A stretch of DNA of 64,000 nt from Eledone cirrhosa (lineage: Eukaryota): contig OZ024758.1 of assembly GCA_964016885.1 (NCBI GenBank), positions 36,828,001 through 36,892,000 on the forward strand. The letters run 5' to 3'. Position 1 is the first letter of the stretch; the number at the start of each line of letters is the position of its first letter. The notes under the pieces are model-generated. The model was not told the origin of the DNA and ran no database searches. It worked only from the letters and a program-made list of their open reading frames with translations. Shown here in pieces: positions 27,001-40,100 of the stretch. Made by a program: the position numbers and the translations under genes.

Positions 27001-30000
27001 CAGAAGGAACTCCACTGTTGGTGAGAATTCATTTAAGTTCATGGTATTAGCTGTCAGAAGTAACTCCACTGTTGGTGAGAATTCATTTAAGTTCATGGTA
27101 CTAGCTGTCAGAAGTAACTCCACTGTTGGTGAGAATTCATTTAAGTTCATGGTACTAGCTGTCAGAAGTAACTCCACTGTTGGTGAGAATTCAGTTAAGT
27201 TCATGGTATTAGTTGTCAGAAGTAACTCCACTGTTGGTGAGAATTCATTTAAATCATGGTATTAGTTGTCAGAAGTAACTCCAATGTTGGTGAGAATTCA
27301 TTTAATTTCATGGTATTAGTTGTCAGAAGTAACTCCACTGTTGGTGAGAATTCATTTAAATCATGGTATTAGTTGTCAGAAGTAACTCCAATGTTGGTGA
27401 GAATTCATTTAATTTCATGGTACTAGCTGTCAGAAGTAACTCCACTGTTGGTGAGAATTCATTTAAGTCATGGTATTAGTTGTCAGAAGTAACTCCAATG
27501 TTGGTGAGAATTCATTTAAGTTCATGGTACTAGCTGTCAGAAGTAACTCCACTGTTGGTGAGAATTCATTTAAGTTCATGGTATTAGCTGTCAGAAGTAA
27601 CTCCACTGTTGGTGAGAATTCATTTAAGTCATGGTATTAGTTGTCAGAAGTAACTCCAATGTTGGTGAGAATTCATTTAAGTTCATGGTACTAGCTGTCA
27701 GAAGTAACTCCACTGTTGGTGAGAATTCATTTAAGTTCATGGTATTAGCTGTCAGAAGTAACTCCACTGTTGGTGAGAATTCATTTAAGTTCATGGTACT
27801 AGCTGTCAGAAGTAACTCCACTGTTGGTGAGAATTCATTTAAGTTCATGGTACTAGCTGTCAGAAGTAACTCCACTGTTGGTGAGAATTCAGTTAAGTTC
27901 ATGGTATTAGTTGTCAGAAGTAACTCCACTGTTGGTGAGAATTCATTTAAATCATGGTATTAGTTGTCAGAAGTAACTCCAATGTTGGTGAGAATTCATT
28001 TAAGTTCATGGTACTAGCTGTCAGAAGTAACTCCACTGTTGGTGAGAATTCATTTAAGTTCATGGTATTAGCTGTCAGAAGTAACTCCACTGTTGGTGAG
28101 AATTCATTTAAGTCATGGTATTAGTTGTCAGAAGTAACTCCAATGTTGGTGAGAATTCATTTAAGTTCATGGTACTAGCTGTCAGAAGTAACTCCACTGT
28201 TGGTGAGAATTCATTTAAGATCATGGTATTAGCTGTCAGAAGTAACTCCACTGTTGGTGAGAATTCATTTAAGTTCATGGTATTAGCTGTCAGAAGTAAC
28301 TCCACTGTTGGTGAGAATTCATTTAAGTTCATGGTATTAGCTGTCAGAAGTAACTCCACTGTTGGTGAGAATTCATTTAAGTTCATGGTATTAGCTGTCA
28401 GAAGGAACTCCAATGTTGGTGAGAATTCATTTAAGTCATGGTACTAGCTGTCAGAAGTAACTCCACTGTTGGTGAGAATTCATTTAAGTTCATGGTATTA
28501 GCTGTCAGAAGTAACTCCACTGTTGGTGAGAATTCATTTAAGTTCATGGTACTAGCTGTCAGAAGTAACTCCAATGTAGGTGAGAATTCATTTAAGTTCA
28601 TGGTATTAGCTGTCAGAAGGAACTCCACTGTTGGTGAGAATTCATTTAAGTTCATGGTATTAGCTGTCAGAAGTAACTCCACTGTTGGTGAGAATTCATT
28701 TAAGTTCATGGTACTAGTTGTCAGAAGTAACTCCACTGTTGGTGAGAATTCATTTAAGTTCATGTTACTAGCTGTCAGAATTAACTCCACTGTTGGTGAG
28801 AATTCATTTAAGTTCATGGTATTAGTTTGTCAGAAGTAACTCCACTGTTGGTGAGAATTCATTTAAGTTCATGGTATTAGCTGTCAGAAGTAACTCCACT
28901 GTTGGTGAGACTTCATTTAAGTTCATGGTACTAGCTGTCAGAAGTAACTCCAATGTTGGTGAGAATTCATTTAAGTTCATGGTATTAGCTGTCAGAAGTA
29001 ACTCCACTGTTGGTGAGAATTCATTTAAGTCATGGTATTAGCTGTCAGAAGTAACTCCAATGTTGGTGAGAATTCATTTAAGTTCATGGTATTAGCTGTC
29101 AGAAGTAACTCCACTGTTGGTGAGAATTCATTTAAGTTCATGGTATTAGTTTGTCAGAAGTAACTCCACTGTTGGTGAGAATTCATTTAAGTCATGGTAT
29201 TAGTTGTCAGAATTTTACTCCAATGTTGGTGAGAATTCATTTAAGTTCATGGTACTATCTGTCAGAAGTAACTCCACTGTTGGTGAGAATTCATTTAAGT
29301 TCATGGTATTAGCTGTCAGAAGTAACTCCACTGTTGGTGAGAATTCATTTAAGTCATGGTATTAGCTGTCAGAAGTAACTCCAATGTTGGTGAGAATTCA
29401 TTTAAGTCATGGTACTAACTGTCAGAAGTAACTCCAATGTTGGTGAGAATTCAGTTAAGTTCATGGTATTAGCTGTCAGAAGGAACTCCACTGTTGGTGA
29501 GAATTCATTTAAGTTCATGGTATTAGCTGTCAGAAGTAACTCCACTGTTGGTGAGAATTCATTTAAGTTCATGGTACTAGCTGTCAGAAGTAACTCCACT
29601 GTTGGTGAGAATTCATTTAAGTTCATGGTACTAGCTGTCAGAAGTAACTCCACTGTTGGTGAGAATTCAGTTAAGTTCATGGTATTAGTTGTCAGAAGTA
29701 ACTCCACTGTTGGTGAGAATTCATTTAAATCATGGTATTAGTTGTCAGAAGTAACTCCAATGTTGGTGAGAATTCATTTAATTTCATGGTATTAGTTGTC
29801 AGAAGTAACTCCACTGTTGGTGAGAATTCATTTAAATCATGGTATTAGTTGTCAGAAGTAACTCCAATGTTGGTGAGAATTCATTTAATTTCATGGTACT
29901 AGCTGTCAGAAGTAACTCCACTGTTGGTGAGAATTCATTTAAGTCATGGTATTAGTTGTCAGAAGTAACTCCAATGTTGGTGAGAATTCATTTAAGTTCA

Positions 30001-32260
30001 TGGTACTAGCTGTCAGAAGTAACTCCACTGTTGGTGAGAATTCATTTAAGTTCATGGTATTAGCTGTCAGAAGTAACTCCACTGTTGGTGAGAATTCATT
30101 TAAGTCATGGTATTAGTTGTCAGAAGTAACTCCAATGTTGGTGAGAATTCATTTAAGTTCATGGTACTAGCTGTCAGAAGTAACTCCACTGTTGGTGAGA
30201 ATTCATTTAAGTTCATGGTATTAGCTGTCAGAAGTAACTCCACTGTTGGTGAGAATTCATTTAAGTTCATGGTACTAGCTGTCAGAAGTAACTCCACTGT
30301 TGGTGAGAATTCATTTAAGTTCATGGTACTAGCTGTCAGAAGTAACTCCACTGTTGGTGAGAATTCAGTTAAGTTCATGGTATTAGTTGTCAGAAGTAAC
30401 TCCACTGTTGGTGAGAATTCATTTAAATCATGGTATTAGTTGTCAGAAGTAACTCCAATGTTGGTGAGAATTCATTTAAGTTCATGGTACTAGCTGTCAG
30501 AAGTAACTCCACTGTTGGTGAGAATTCATTTAAGTTCATGGTATTAGCTGTCAGAAGTAACTCCACTGTTGGTGAGAATTCATTTAAGTCATGGTATTAG
30601 TTGTCAGAAGTAACTCCAATGTTGGTGAGAATTCATTTAAGTTCATGGTACTAGCTGTCAGAAGTAACTCCACTGTTGGTGAGAATTCATTTAAGATCAT
30701 GGTATTAGCTGTCAGAAGTAACTCCACTGTTGGTGAGAATTCATTTAAGTTCATGGTATTAGCTGTCACAAGTAACTCCACTGTTGGTGAGAATTCATTT
30801 AAGTTCATGGTATTAGCTGTCAGAAGTAACTCCACTGTTGGTGAGAATTCATTTAAGTTCATGGTATTAGCTGTCAGAAGGAACTCCAATGTTGGTGAGA
30901 ATTCATTTAAGTCATGGTACTAGCTGTCAGAAGTAACTCCACTGTTGGTGAGAATTCATTTAAGTTCATGGTATTAGCTGTCAGAAGTAACTCCACTGTT
31001 GGTGAGAATTCATTTAAGTTCATGGTACTAGCTGTCAGAAGTAACTCCAATGTAGGTGAGAATTCATTTAAGTTCATGGTATTAGCTGTCAGAAGGAACT
31101 CCACTGTTGGTGAGAATTCATTTAAGTTCATGGTATTAGCTGTCAGAAGTAACTCCACTGTTGGTGAGAATTCATTTAAGTTCATGGTACTAGTTGTCAG
31201 AAGTAACTCCACTGTTGGTGAGAATTCATTTAAGTTCATGTTACTAGCTGTCAGAAGTAACTCCACTGTTGGTGAGAATTCATTTAAGTTCATGGTATTA
31301 GTTTGTCAGAAGTAACTCCACTGTTGGTGAGAATTCATTTAAGTTCATGGTATTAGCTGTCAGAAGTAACTCCACTGTTGGTGAGACTTCATTTAAGTTC
31401 ATGGTACTAGCTGTCAGAAGTAACTCCAATGTTGGTGAGAATTCATTTAAGTTCATGGTATTAGCTGTCAGAAGTAACTCCACTGTTGGTGAGAATTCAT
31501 TTAAGTCATGGTATTAGCTGTCAGAAGTAACTCCAATGTTGGTGAGAATTCATTTAAGTTCATGGTATTAGCTGTCAGAAGTAACTCCACTGTTGGTGAG
31601 AATTCATTTAAGTTCATGGTATTAGTTTGTCAGAAGTAACTCCACTGTTGGTGAGAATTCATTTAAGTCATGGTATTAGTTGTCAGAAGTTTACTCCAAT
31701 GTTGGTGAGAATTCATTTAAGTTCATGGTACTATCTGTCAGAAGTAACTCCACTGTTCGTGAGAATTCATTTAAGTTCATGGTATTAGCTGTCAGAAGTA
31801 ACTCCACTGTTGGTGAGAATTCATTTAAGTCATGGTATTAGCTGTCAGAAGTAACTCCAATGTTGGTGAGAATTCATTTAAGTCATGGTACTAACTGTCA
31901 GAAGTAACTCCAATGTTGGTGAGAATTCAGTTAAGTTCATGGTATTAGCTGTCAGAAGGAACTCCACTGTTGGTGAGAATTCATTTAAGTTCATGGTATT
32001 AGCTGTCAGAAGTAACTCCACTGTTGGTGAGAATTCATTTAAGTTCATGGTACTAGCTGTCAGAAGTAACTCCACTGTTGGTGAGAATTCATTTAAGTTC
32101 ATGGTACTAGCTGTCAGAAGTAACTCCACTGTTGGTGAGAATTCAGTTAAGTTCATGGTATTAGTTGTCAGAAGTAACTCCACTGTTGGTGAGAATTCAT
32201 TTAAATCATGGTATTAGTTGTCAGAAGTAACTCCAATGTTGGTGAGAATTCATTTAATTT
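25480..32260. repeat. Higher-order repeat, 2476-bp period (~46 monomers), about 2.7 tandem copies
   Basis: ORF triplets 25639/28115/30591, 25962/28438/30914, 26346/28822/31298 and 26933/29409/31885. The private variant GAATTTTACT occurs at 26734 and 29210. Confidence 0.9.
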
Positions 32261-33129
32261 CATGGTACTAGCTGTCAGAAGTAACTCCACTGTTGGTGAG
32301 AAATCATTTAAGTCATGGTATTAGTTGTCAGAAGTAACTCCAATGTTGGTGAGAATTCATTTAAGTTCATGGTACTAGCTGTCAGAAGTAACTCCACTGT
32401 TGGTGAGAATTCATTTAAGTTCATGGTATTAGCTGTCAGAAGTAACTCCACTGTTGGTGAGAATTCATTTAAGTCATGGTATTAGTTGTCAGAAGTAACT
32501 CCAATGTTGGTGAGAATTCATTTAAGTTCATGGTACTAGCTGTCAGAAGTAACTCCACTGTTGGTGAGAATTCATTTAAGTTCATGGTATTAGCTGTCAG
32601 AAGTAACTCCACTGTTGGTGAGAATTCATTTAAGTTCATGGTATTAGCTGTCAGAAGTAACTCCACTGTTGGTGAGAATTCATTTAAGTTCATGGTATTA
32701 GCTGTCAGAAGTAACTCCACTGTTGGTGAGAATTCATTTAAGTTCATGGTATTAGCTGTCAGAAGGAACTCCAATGTTGGTGAGAATTCATTTAAGTCAT
32801 GGTATTAGCTGTCAGAAGTAACTCCATTGTTGGTGAGAATTCATTTAAGTCATGGTACTAGCTGTCAGAAGTAACTCCACTGTTGGTGAGAATTCATTTA
32901 AGTTCATGGTATTAGCTGTCAGAAGGAACTCCACTGTTGGTGAGAATTCATTTTAGTTCATGGTACTAGCTGTCAGAAGTAACCCCAATGTTGGTGAGAA
33001 TTCATTTAAGTTCATGGTATTAGCTGTCAGAAGTCACTCCAATGTTGGTGAGAATTCATTTAAGTTCATGGTATTAGCTGTGAGAAGTCACTCCACTGTT
33101 GGTGAGAATTCATTTAAGTTCATGGTATT

Positions 33130-36100
33130 AGCTGTCAGAAGTAACTCCACTGTTGGTGAGAATTCATTTAAGTTCATGGTATTAGCTGTCAGAAGGAACT
33201 CCAATGTTGGTGAGAATTCATTTAAGTCATGGTACTAGCTGTCAGAAGTAACTCCACTGTTGGTGAGAATTCATTTAAGTTCATGGTATTAGCTGTCAGA
33301 AGTAACTCCACTGTTGGTGAGAATTCATTTAAGTTCATGGTACTAGCTGTCAGAAGTAACTCCAATGTTGGTGAGAATTCATTTAAGTTCATGGTATTAG
33401 CTGTCAGAAGGAACTCCACTGTTGGTGAGAATTCATTTAAGTTCATGGTATTAGCTGTCAGAAGTAACTCCACTGTTGGTGAGAATTCATTTAAGTTCAT
33501 GGTACTAGTTGTCAGAAGTAACTCCACTGTTGGTGAGAATTCATTTAAGTTCATGTTACTAGCTGTCAGAAGTAACTCCACTGTTGGTGAGAATTCATTT
33601 AAGTTCATGGTATTAGTTTGTCAGAAGTAACTCCACTGTTGGTGAGAATTCATTTAAGTTCATGGTATTAGCTGTCAGAAGTAACTCCACTGTTGGTGAG
33701 AATTCATTTAAGTTCATGGTACTAGCTGTCAGAAGTAACTCCAATGTTGGTGAGAATTCATTTAAGTTCATGGTATTAGCTGTCAGAAGTAACTCCACTG
33801 TTGGTGAGAATTCATTTAAGTCATGGTATTAGCTGTCAGAAGTAACTCCAATGTTGGTGAGAATTCATTTAAGTTCATGGTATTAGCTGTCAGAAGTAAC
33901 TCCACTGTTGGTGAGAATTCATTTAAGTTCACGGTACTAGCTGTCAGAAGTAACTCCACTGTTGGTGAGAATTCATTTAAGTTCATGGTATTAGTTTGTC
34001 AGAAGTAACTCCACTGTTGGTGAGAATTCATTTAAGTCGTGGTATTAGTTGTCAGAAGTTTACTCCAATGTTGGTGAGAATTCATTTAAGTTCATGGTAC
34101 TAGCTGTCAGAAGTAACTCCACTGTTGGTGAGAATTCATTTAAGTTCATGGTATTAGCTGTCAGAAGTAACTCCACTGTTGGTGAGAATTCATTTAAGTC
34201 ATGGTATTAGCTGTCAGAAGTAACTCCACTGTTGGTGAGAATTCATTTAAGTTCATGGTATTAGCTGTCAGAAGTAACTCCACTGTTGGTGAGAATTGAT
34301 TTAAGTTCATGGTACTAGCTGTCAGAAGTAACTCCACTGTTGGTGAGAATTCATTTAAGTTCATGGTACTAGCTGTCAGAAGTAACTCCACTGTTGGTGA
34401 GAATTCAGTTAAGTTCATGGTATTAGTTGTCAGAAGTAACTCCACTGTTGGTGAGAATTCATTTAAATCATGGTATTAGTTGTCAGAAGTAACTCCAATG
34501 TTGGTGAGAATTCATTTAATTTCATGGTACTAGCTGTCAGAAGTAACTCCACTGTTGGTGAGAAATCATTTAAGTCATGGTATTAGTTGTCAGAAGTAAC
34601 TCCAATGTTGGTGAGAATTCATTTAAGTTCATGGTACTAGCTGTCAGAAGTAACACCACTGTTGGTGAGAATTCATTTAAGTTCATGGTATTAGCTGTCA
34701 GAAGTAACTCCACTGTTGGTGAGAATTCATTTAAGTCATGGTATTAGTTGTCAGAAGTAACTCCAATGTTGGTGAGAATTCATTTAAGTTCATGGTACTA
34801 GCTGTCAGAAGTAACTCCACTGTTGGTGAGAATTCATTTAAGTTCATGGTATTAGCTGTCAGAAGTAACTCCACTGTTGGTGAGAATTCATTTAAGTCAT
34901 GGTATTAGCTGTCAGAAGTAACTCCAATGTTGGTGAGAATTCATTTAAGTCTTGGTACTAGCTGTCAGAAGTAACTCCAATGTTGGTGAGAATTCAGTTA
35001 AGTTCATGGTATTAGCTGTCAGAAGGAACTCCACTGTTGGTGAGAATTCATTTAAGTTCATGGTATTAGCTGTCAGAAGTAACTCCACTGTTGGTGAGAA
35101 TTCATTTAAGTTCATGGTACTAGCTGTCAGAAGTAACTCCACTGTTGGTGAGAATTCATTTAAGTTCATGGTACTAGCCGTCAGAAGTAACTCCACTGTT
35201 GGTGAGAATTCAGTTAAGTTCATGGTATTAGTTGTCAGAAGTAACTCCACTGTTGGTGAGAATTCATTTAAGTTCATGGTACTAGCTGTCAGAAGTAACT
35301 CCACTGTTGGTGAGAATTCATTTAAGTTCATGGTATTAGCTGTCAGAAGTAACTCCACTGTTGGTGAGAATTCATTTAAGTCATGGTATTAGTTGTCAGA
35401 AGTAACTCCAATGTTGGTGAGAATTCATTTAAGTTCATGGTACTAGCTGTCAGAAGTAACTCCACTGTTGGTGAGAATTCATTTAAGTTCATGGTATTAG
35501 CTGTCAGAAGTAACTCCACTGTTGGTGTGAATTCATTTAAGTCATGGTATTAGCTGTCAGAAGTAACTCCAATGTTGGTGAGAATTCATTTAAGTCTTGG
35601 TACTAGCTGTCAGAAGTAACTCCAATGTTGGTGAGAATTCAGTTAAGTTCATGGTATTAGCTGTCAGAAGGAACTCCACTGTTGGTGAGAATTCATTTAA
35701 GTTCATGGTATTAGCTGTCAGAAGTAACTCCACTGTTGGTGAGAATTCATTTAAGTTCATGGTACTAGCTGTCAGAAGTAACTCCACTGTTGGTGAGAAT
35801 TCATTTAAGTTCATGGTACTAGCCGTCAGAAGTAACTCCACTGTTGGTGAGAATTCAGTTAAGTTCATGGTATTAGTTGTCAGAAGTAACTCCACTGTTG
35901 GTGAGAATTCATTTAAATCATGGTATTAGTTGTCAGAAGTAACTCCAATGTTGGTGAGAATTCATTTAAGTTCATGGTACTAGCTGTCAGAAGTAACTCC
36001 ACTGTTGGTGAGAATTCATTTAAGTTCATGGTATTAGCTGTCAGAAGTAACTCCACTGTTGGTGGGAATTCATTTAAGTCATGGTATTAGCTGTCAGAAG

Positions 36101-37170
36101 TAACTCCATTGTTGGTGAGAATTCATTTAAGTCATGGTACTAGCTGTCAGAAGTAACTCCACTGTTGGTGAGAATTCATTTAAGTTCATGGTATTAGCTG
36201 TCAGAAGGAACTCCACTGTTGGTAAGAATTCATTTAAGTTCATGGTATTAGCTGTCAGAAGTAACTCCACTGTTGGTGAGAATTCATTTAAGTTCATGGT
36301 ACTAGCTGTCAGAAGTAACTCCACTGTTGGTGAGAATTCATTTAAGTTCATGGTACTAGCTGTCAGAAGTAACTCCACTGTTGGTGAGAATTCATTTAAG
36401 TTCATGGTACTAGCTGTCAGAAGTAACCCCAATGTTGGTGAGAATTCATTTAAGTTCATGGTATTAGCTGTCAGAAGTCACTCCAATGTTGGTGAGAATT
36501 CATTTAAGTTCATGGTATTAGCTGTGAGAAGTCACTCCACTGTTGGTGAGAATTCATTTAAGTTCATGGTATTAGCTGTCAGAAGTACCTCCACTGTTGG
36601 TGAGAATTCATTTAAGTTCATGGTATTAGCTGTCAGAAGTAACTCCACTGTTGGTGAGAATTCATTTAAGTTCATGGTATTAGCTGTCAGAAGTAACTCC
36701 ACTGTTGGTGAGAATTCATTTAAGTTCATGGTACTAGCTGTCAGAAGTAACTCCACTGTTGGTGAGAATTCATTTAAGTTCATGGTACTAGCTGTCAGAA
36801 GTAACTCCACTGTTGGTGAGAATTCATTTAAGTTCATGGTACTAGCTGTCAGAAGTAACCCCAATGTTGGTGAGAATTCATTTAAGTTCATGGTATTAGC
36901 TGTCAGAAGTCACTCCAATGTTGGTGAGAATTCATTTAAGTTCATGGTATTAGCTGTGAGAAGTCACTCCACTGTTGGTGAGAATTCATTTAAGTTCATG
37001 GTATTAGCTGTCAGAAGTACCTCCACTGTTGGTGAGAATTCATTTAAGTTCATGGTATTAGCTGTCAGAAGTAACTCCACTGTTGGTGAGAATTCATTTA
37101 AGTTCATGGTATTAGCTGTCAGAAGGAACTCCAATGTTGGTGAGAATTCATTTAAGTCATGGTACTAGCT
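33130..37170. repeat. Distant copy of the left-domain block ~9020-12190 (offset 24112 at its start), with internal expansions including a 645-bp duplication
   Basis: ORFs 9117/33229, 9501/33613, 9711/33823 and 10082/34194 are offset by 24112. GTCGTGG occurs at 9924 and 34036, and GAATTGAT and GTCTTGG are shared. ORFs 34952/35597 are offset by 645. Confidence 0.8.
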
Positions 37171-40100
37171 GTCAGAAGTAACTCCACTGTTGGTGAGAAT
37201 TCATTTAAGTTCATAGTATTAGCTGTCAGAAGTAACTCCACTGTTGGTGAGAATTCATTTAAGTTCATGGTACTAGCTGTCAGAAGTAACTCCAATGTTG
37301 GTGAGAATTCATTTAAGTTCATGGTATTAGCTGTCAGAAGGAACTCCACTGTTGGTGAGAATTCATTTAAGTTCATGGTATTAGCTGTCAGAAGTAACTC
37401 CACTGTTGGTGAGAATTCATTTAAGTTCATGGTACTAGTTGTCAGAAGTAACTCCACTGTTGGTGAGAATTCATTTAAGTTCATGTTACTAGCTGTCAGA
37501 AGTAACTCCACTGTTGGTGAGAATTCATTTAAGTTCATGGTATTAGTTTGTCAGAAGTAACTCCACTGTTGGTGAGAATTCATTTAAGTTCATGGTACTA
37601 GCTGTCAGAAGTAACTCCAATGTTGGTGAGAATTCATTTAAGTTCATGGTATTAGCTGTCAGAAGTAACTCCACTGTTGGTGAGAATTCATTTAAGTTCA
37701 TGGTACTAGCTGTCAGAAGTAACTCCAATGTTGGTGAGAATTCATTTATGTTCATGGTATTAGCTGTCAGAAGTAACTCCACTGTTGGTGAGAATTCATT
37801 TAAGTTCATGGTATTACCTGTCAGAAGGAACTCCAATGTTGGTGAGAATTCATTTAAGTCATGGTATTAGCTGTCAGAAGTAACTCCACTGTTGGTGAGA
37901 ATTCATTTAAGTTCATGGTATTAGCTGTCAGAAGGAACGCCACTGTTGGTGAGAATTCATTTAAGTTCATGGTATTAGCTGTCAGAAGTAACTCCACTGT
38001 TGGTGAGAATTCATTTAAGTTCATGGTACTAGCTGTCAGAAGTAACTCCAATGTTGGTGAGAATTCATTTAAGTTCATGGTATTAGCTGTCAGAAGGAAC
38101 TCCACTGTTGGTGAGAATTCATTTAAGTCTTGGTATTAGTTGTCAGAAGTAACTCCAATGTTGGTGAGAATTCATTTAAGTTCATGGTACTAGCTGTCAG
38201 AAGTAACTCCACTGTTGGTGAGATTTCATTTAAGTTCATGGTACTAGCTGTCAAAAGTAACTCCAATGTTGGTGAGAATTCATTTAAGTTCATGGTATTA
38301 GCTGTCAGAAGTAACTCCACTGTTGGTGAGAATTCATTTAAGTTCATGGTACTAGCCGTCAGAAGTAACTCCACTGTTGGTGAGAATTCAGTTAAGTTCA
38401 TGGTATTAGTTGTCAGAAGTAACTCCACTGTTGGTGAGAATTCATTTAAATCATGGTATTAGTTGTCAGAAGTAACACCAATGTTGGTGAGAATTCATTT
38501 AAGTTCATGGTACTAGCTGTCAGAAGTAAATCCACTGTTGGTGAGAATTCATTTAAGTCATGGTATTAGCTGTCAGAAGTAACTCCACTGTTGGTGAGAA
38601 TTCATTTAAGTCATGGTATTAGCTGTCAGAAGTAACTCCATTGTTGGTGAGAATTCATTTAAGTCATGGTACTAGCTGTCAGAAGTAACTCCACTGTTGG
38701 TGAGAATTCATTTAAGTTCATGGTATTAGCTGTCAGAAGGAACTCCACTGTTGGTGAGAATTCATTTAAGTTCATGGTACTAGCTGTCAGAAGTAACTCC
38801 ACTGTTGGTGAGAATTCATTTAAGTTCATGGTATTAGTTTGTCAGAAGTAACTCCACTGTTGGTGAGAATTCATTTAAGTCATGGTATTAGTTGTCAGAA
38901 GTAACTCCAATGTTGGTGAGAATTCATTTAAGTCATGGTACTAGCTGTCAGAAGTAACTCCAATGTTGGTGAGAATTCATTTAAGTTCATGGTATTAGCT
39001 GTCAGAAGGAACTCCACTGTTGGTGAGAATTCATTTAAGTTCATGGTATTAGCTGTCAGAAGTAACTCCACTGTTGGTGAGAATTCATTTAAGTTCATGG
39101 TATTAGCTGTCAGAAGTAACTCCACTGTTGGTGAGAATTCATTTAAGTTCATGGTACTAGCTGTCAGAAGTAACTCCACTGTTGGTGAGAATTCATTTAA
39201 GTTCATGGTTCTAGCTGTCAGAATTAACTCCACTGTTGGTGAGAATTCATTTAAGTTCATGGTACTAGCTGTCAGAAGTAACTCCAATGTTGGTAAGAAT
39301 TCATTTAAGTTCATGATATTAGCTGTCAGAAGTAACTCCACTGTTGGTGAGAATTCATTTAAGTTCATGGTACTAGCTGTCAGAAGTAACTCCACTGTTG
39401 GTGAGAATTCATTTAAGTTTATGGTACTAGCTGTCAGAAGTAACCCCAATGTTGGTGAGAATTCATTTAAGTTCATGGTATTAGCTGTCAGAAGTCACTC
39501 CAATGTTGGTGAGAATTCATTTAAGTTCATGGTATTAGCTGTCAGAAGTCACTCCACTGTTGGTGAGAATTCATTTAAGTTCATGGTACTAGCTGTCAGA
39601 AGTAACCCCAATGTTGCTGAGAATTCATTTAAGTTCATGGTATTAGCTGTCAGAAGTCACTCCAATGTTGGTGAGAATTCATTTAAGTTCATGGTATTAG
39701 CTGTCAGAAGTAACTCCACTGTTGGTGAGAATTCATTTAAGTTCATGGTATTAGCTGTCAGAAGTAACTCCACTGTTGGTGAGAATTCATTTATGTTCAT
39801 GGTATTACCTGTCAGAAGGAACTCCAATGTTGGTGAGAATTCATTTAAGTCATGGTACTAGCTGTCAGAAGTAACTCCACTGTTGGTGAGAATTCATTTA
39901 AGTTCATGGTATTAGCTGTCAGAAGGAACGCCACTGTTGGTGAGAATTCATTTAAGTTCATGGTACTAGCTGTCAGAAGTAACTCCACTGTTGGTGAGAA
40001 TTCATTTAAGTTCATGGTACTAGCCGTCAGAAGTAACTCCCCTGTTGGTGAGAATTCAGTTAAGTTCATGGTATTAGTTGTCAGAAGTAACTCCACTGTT

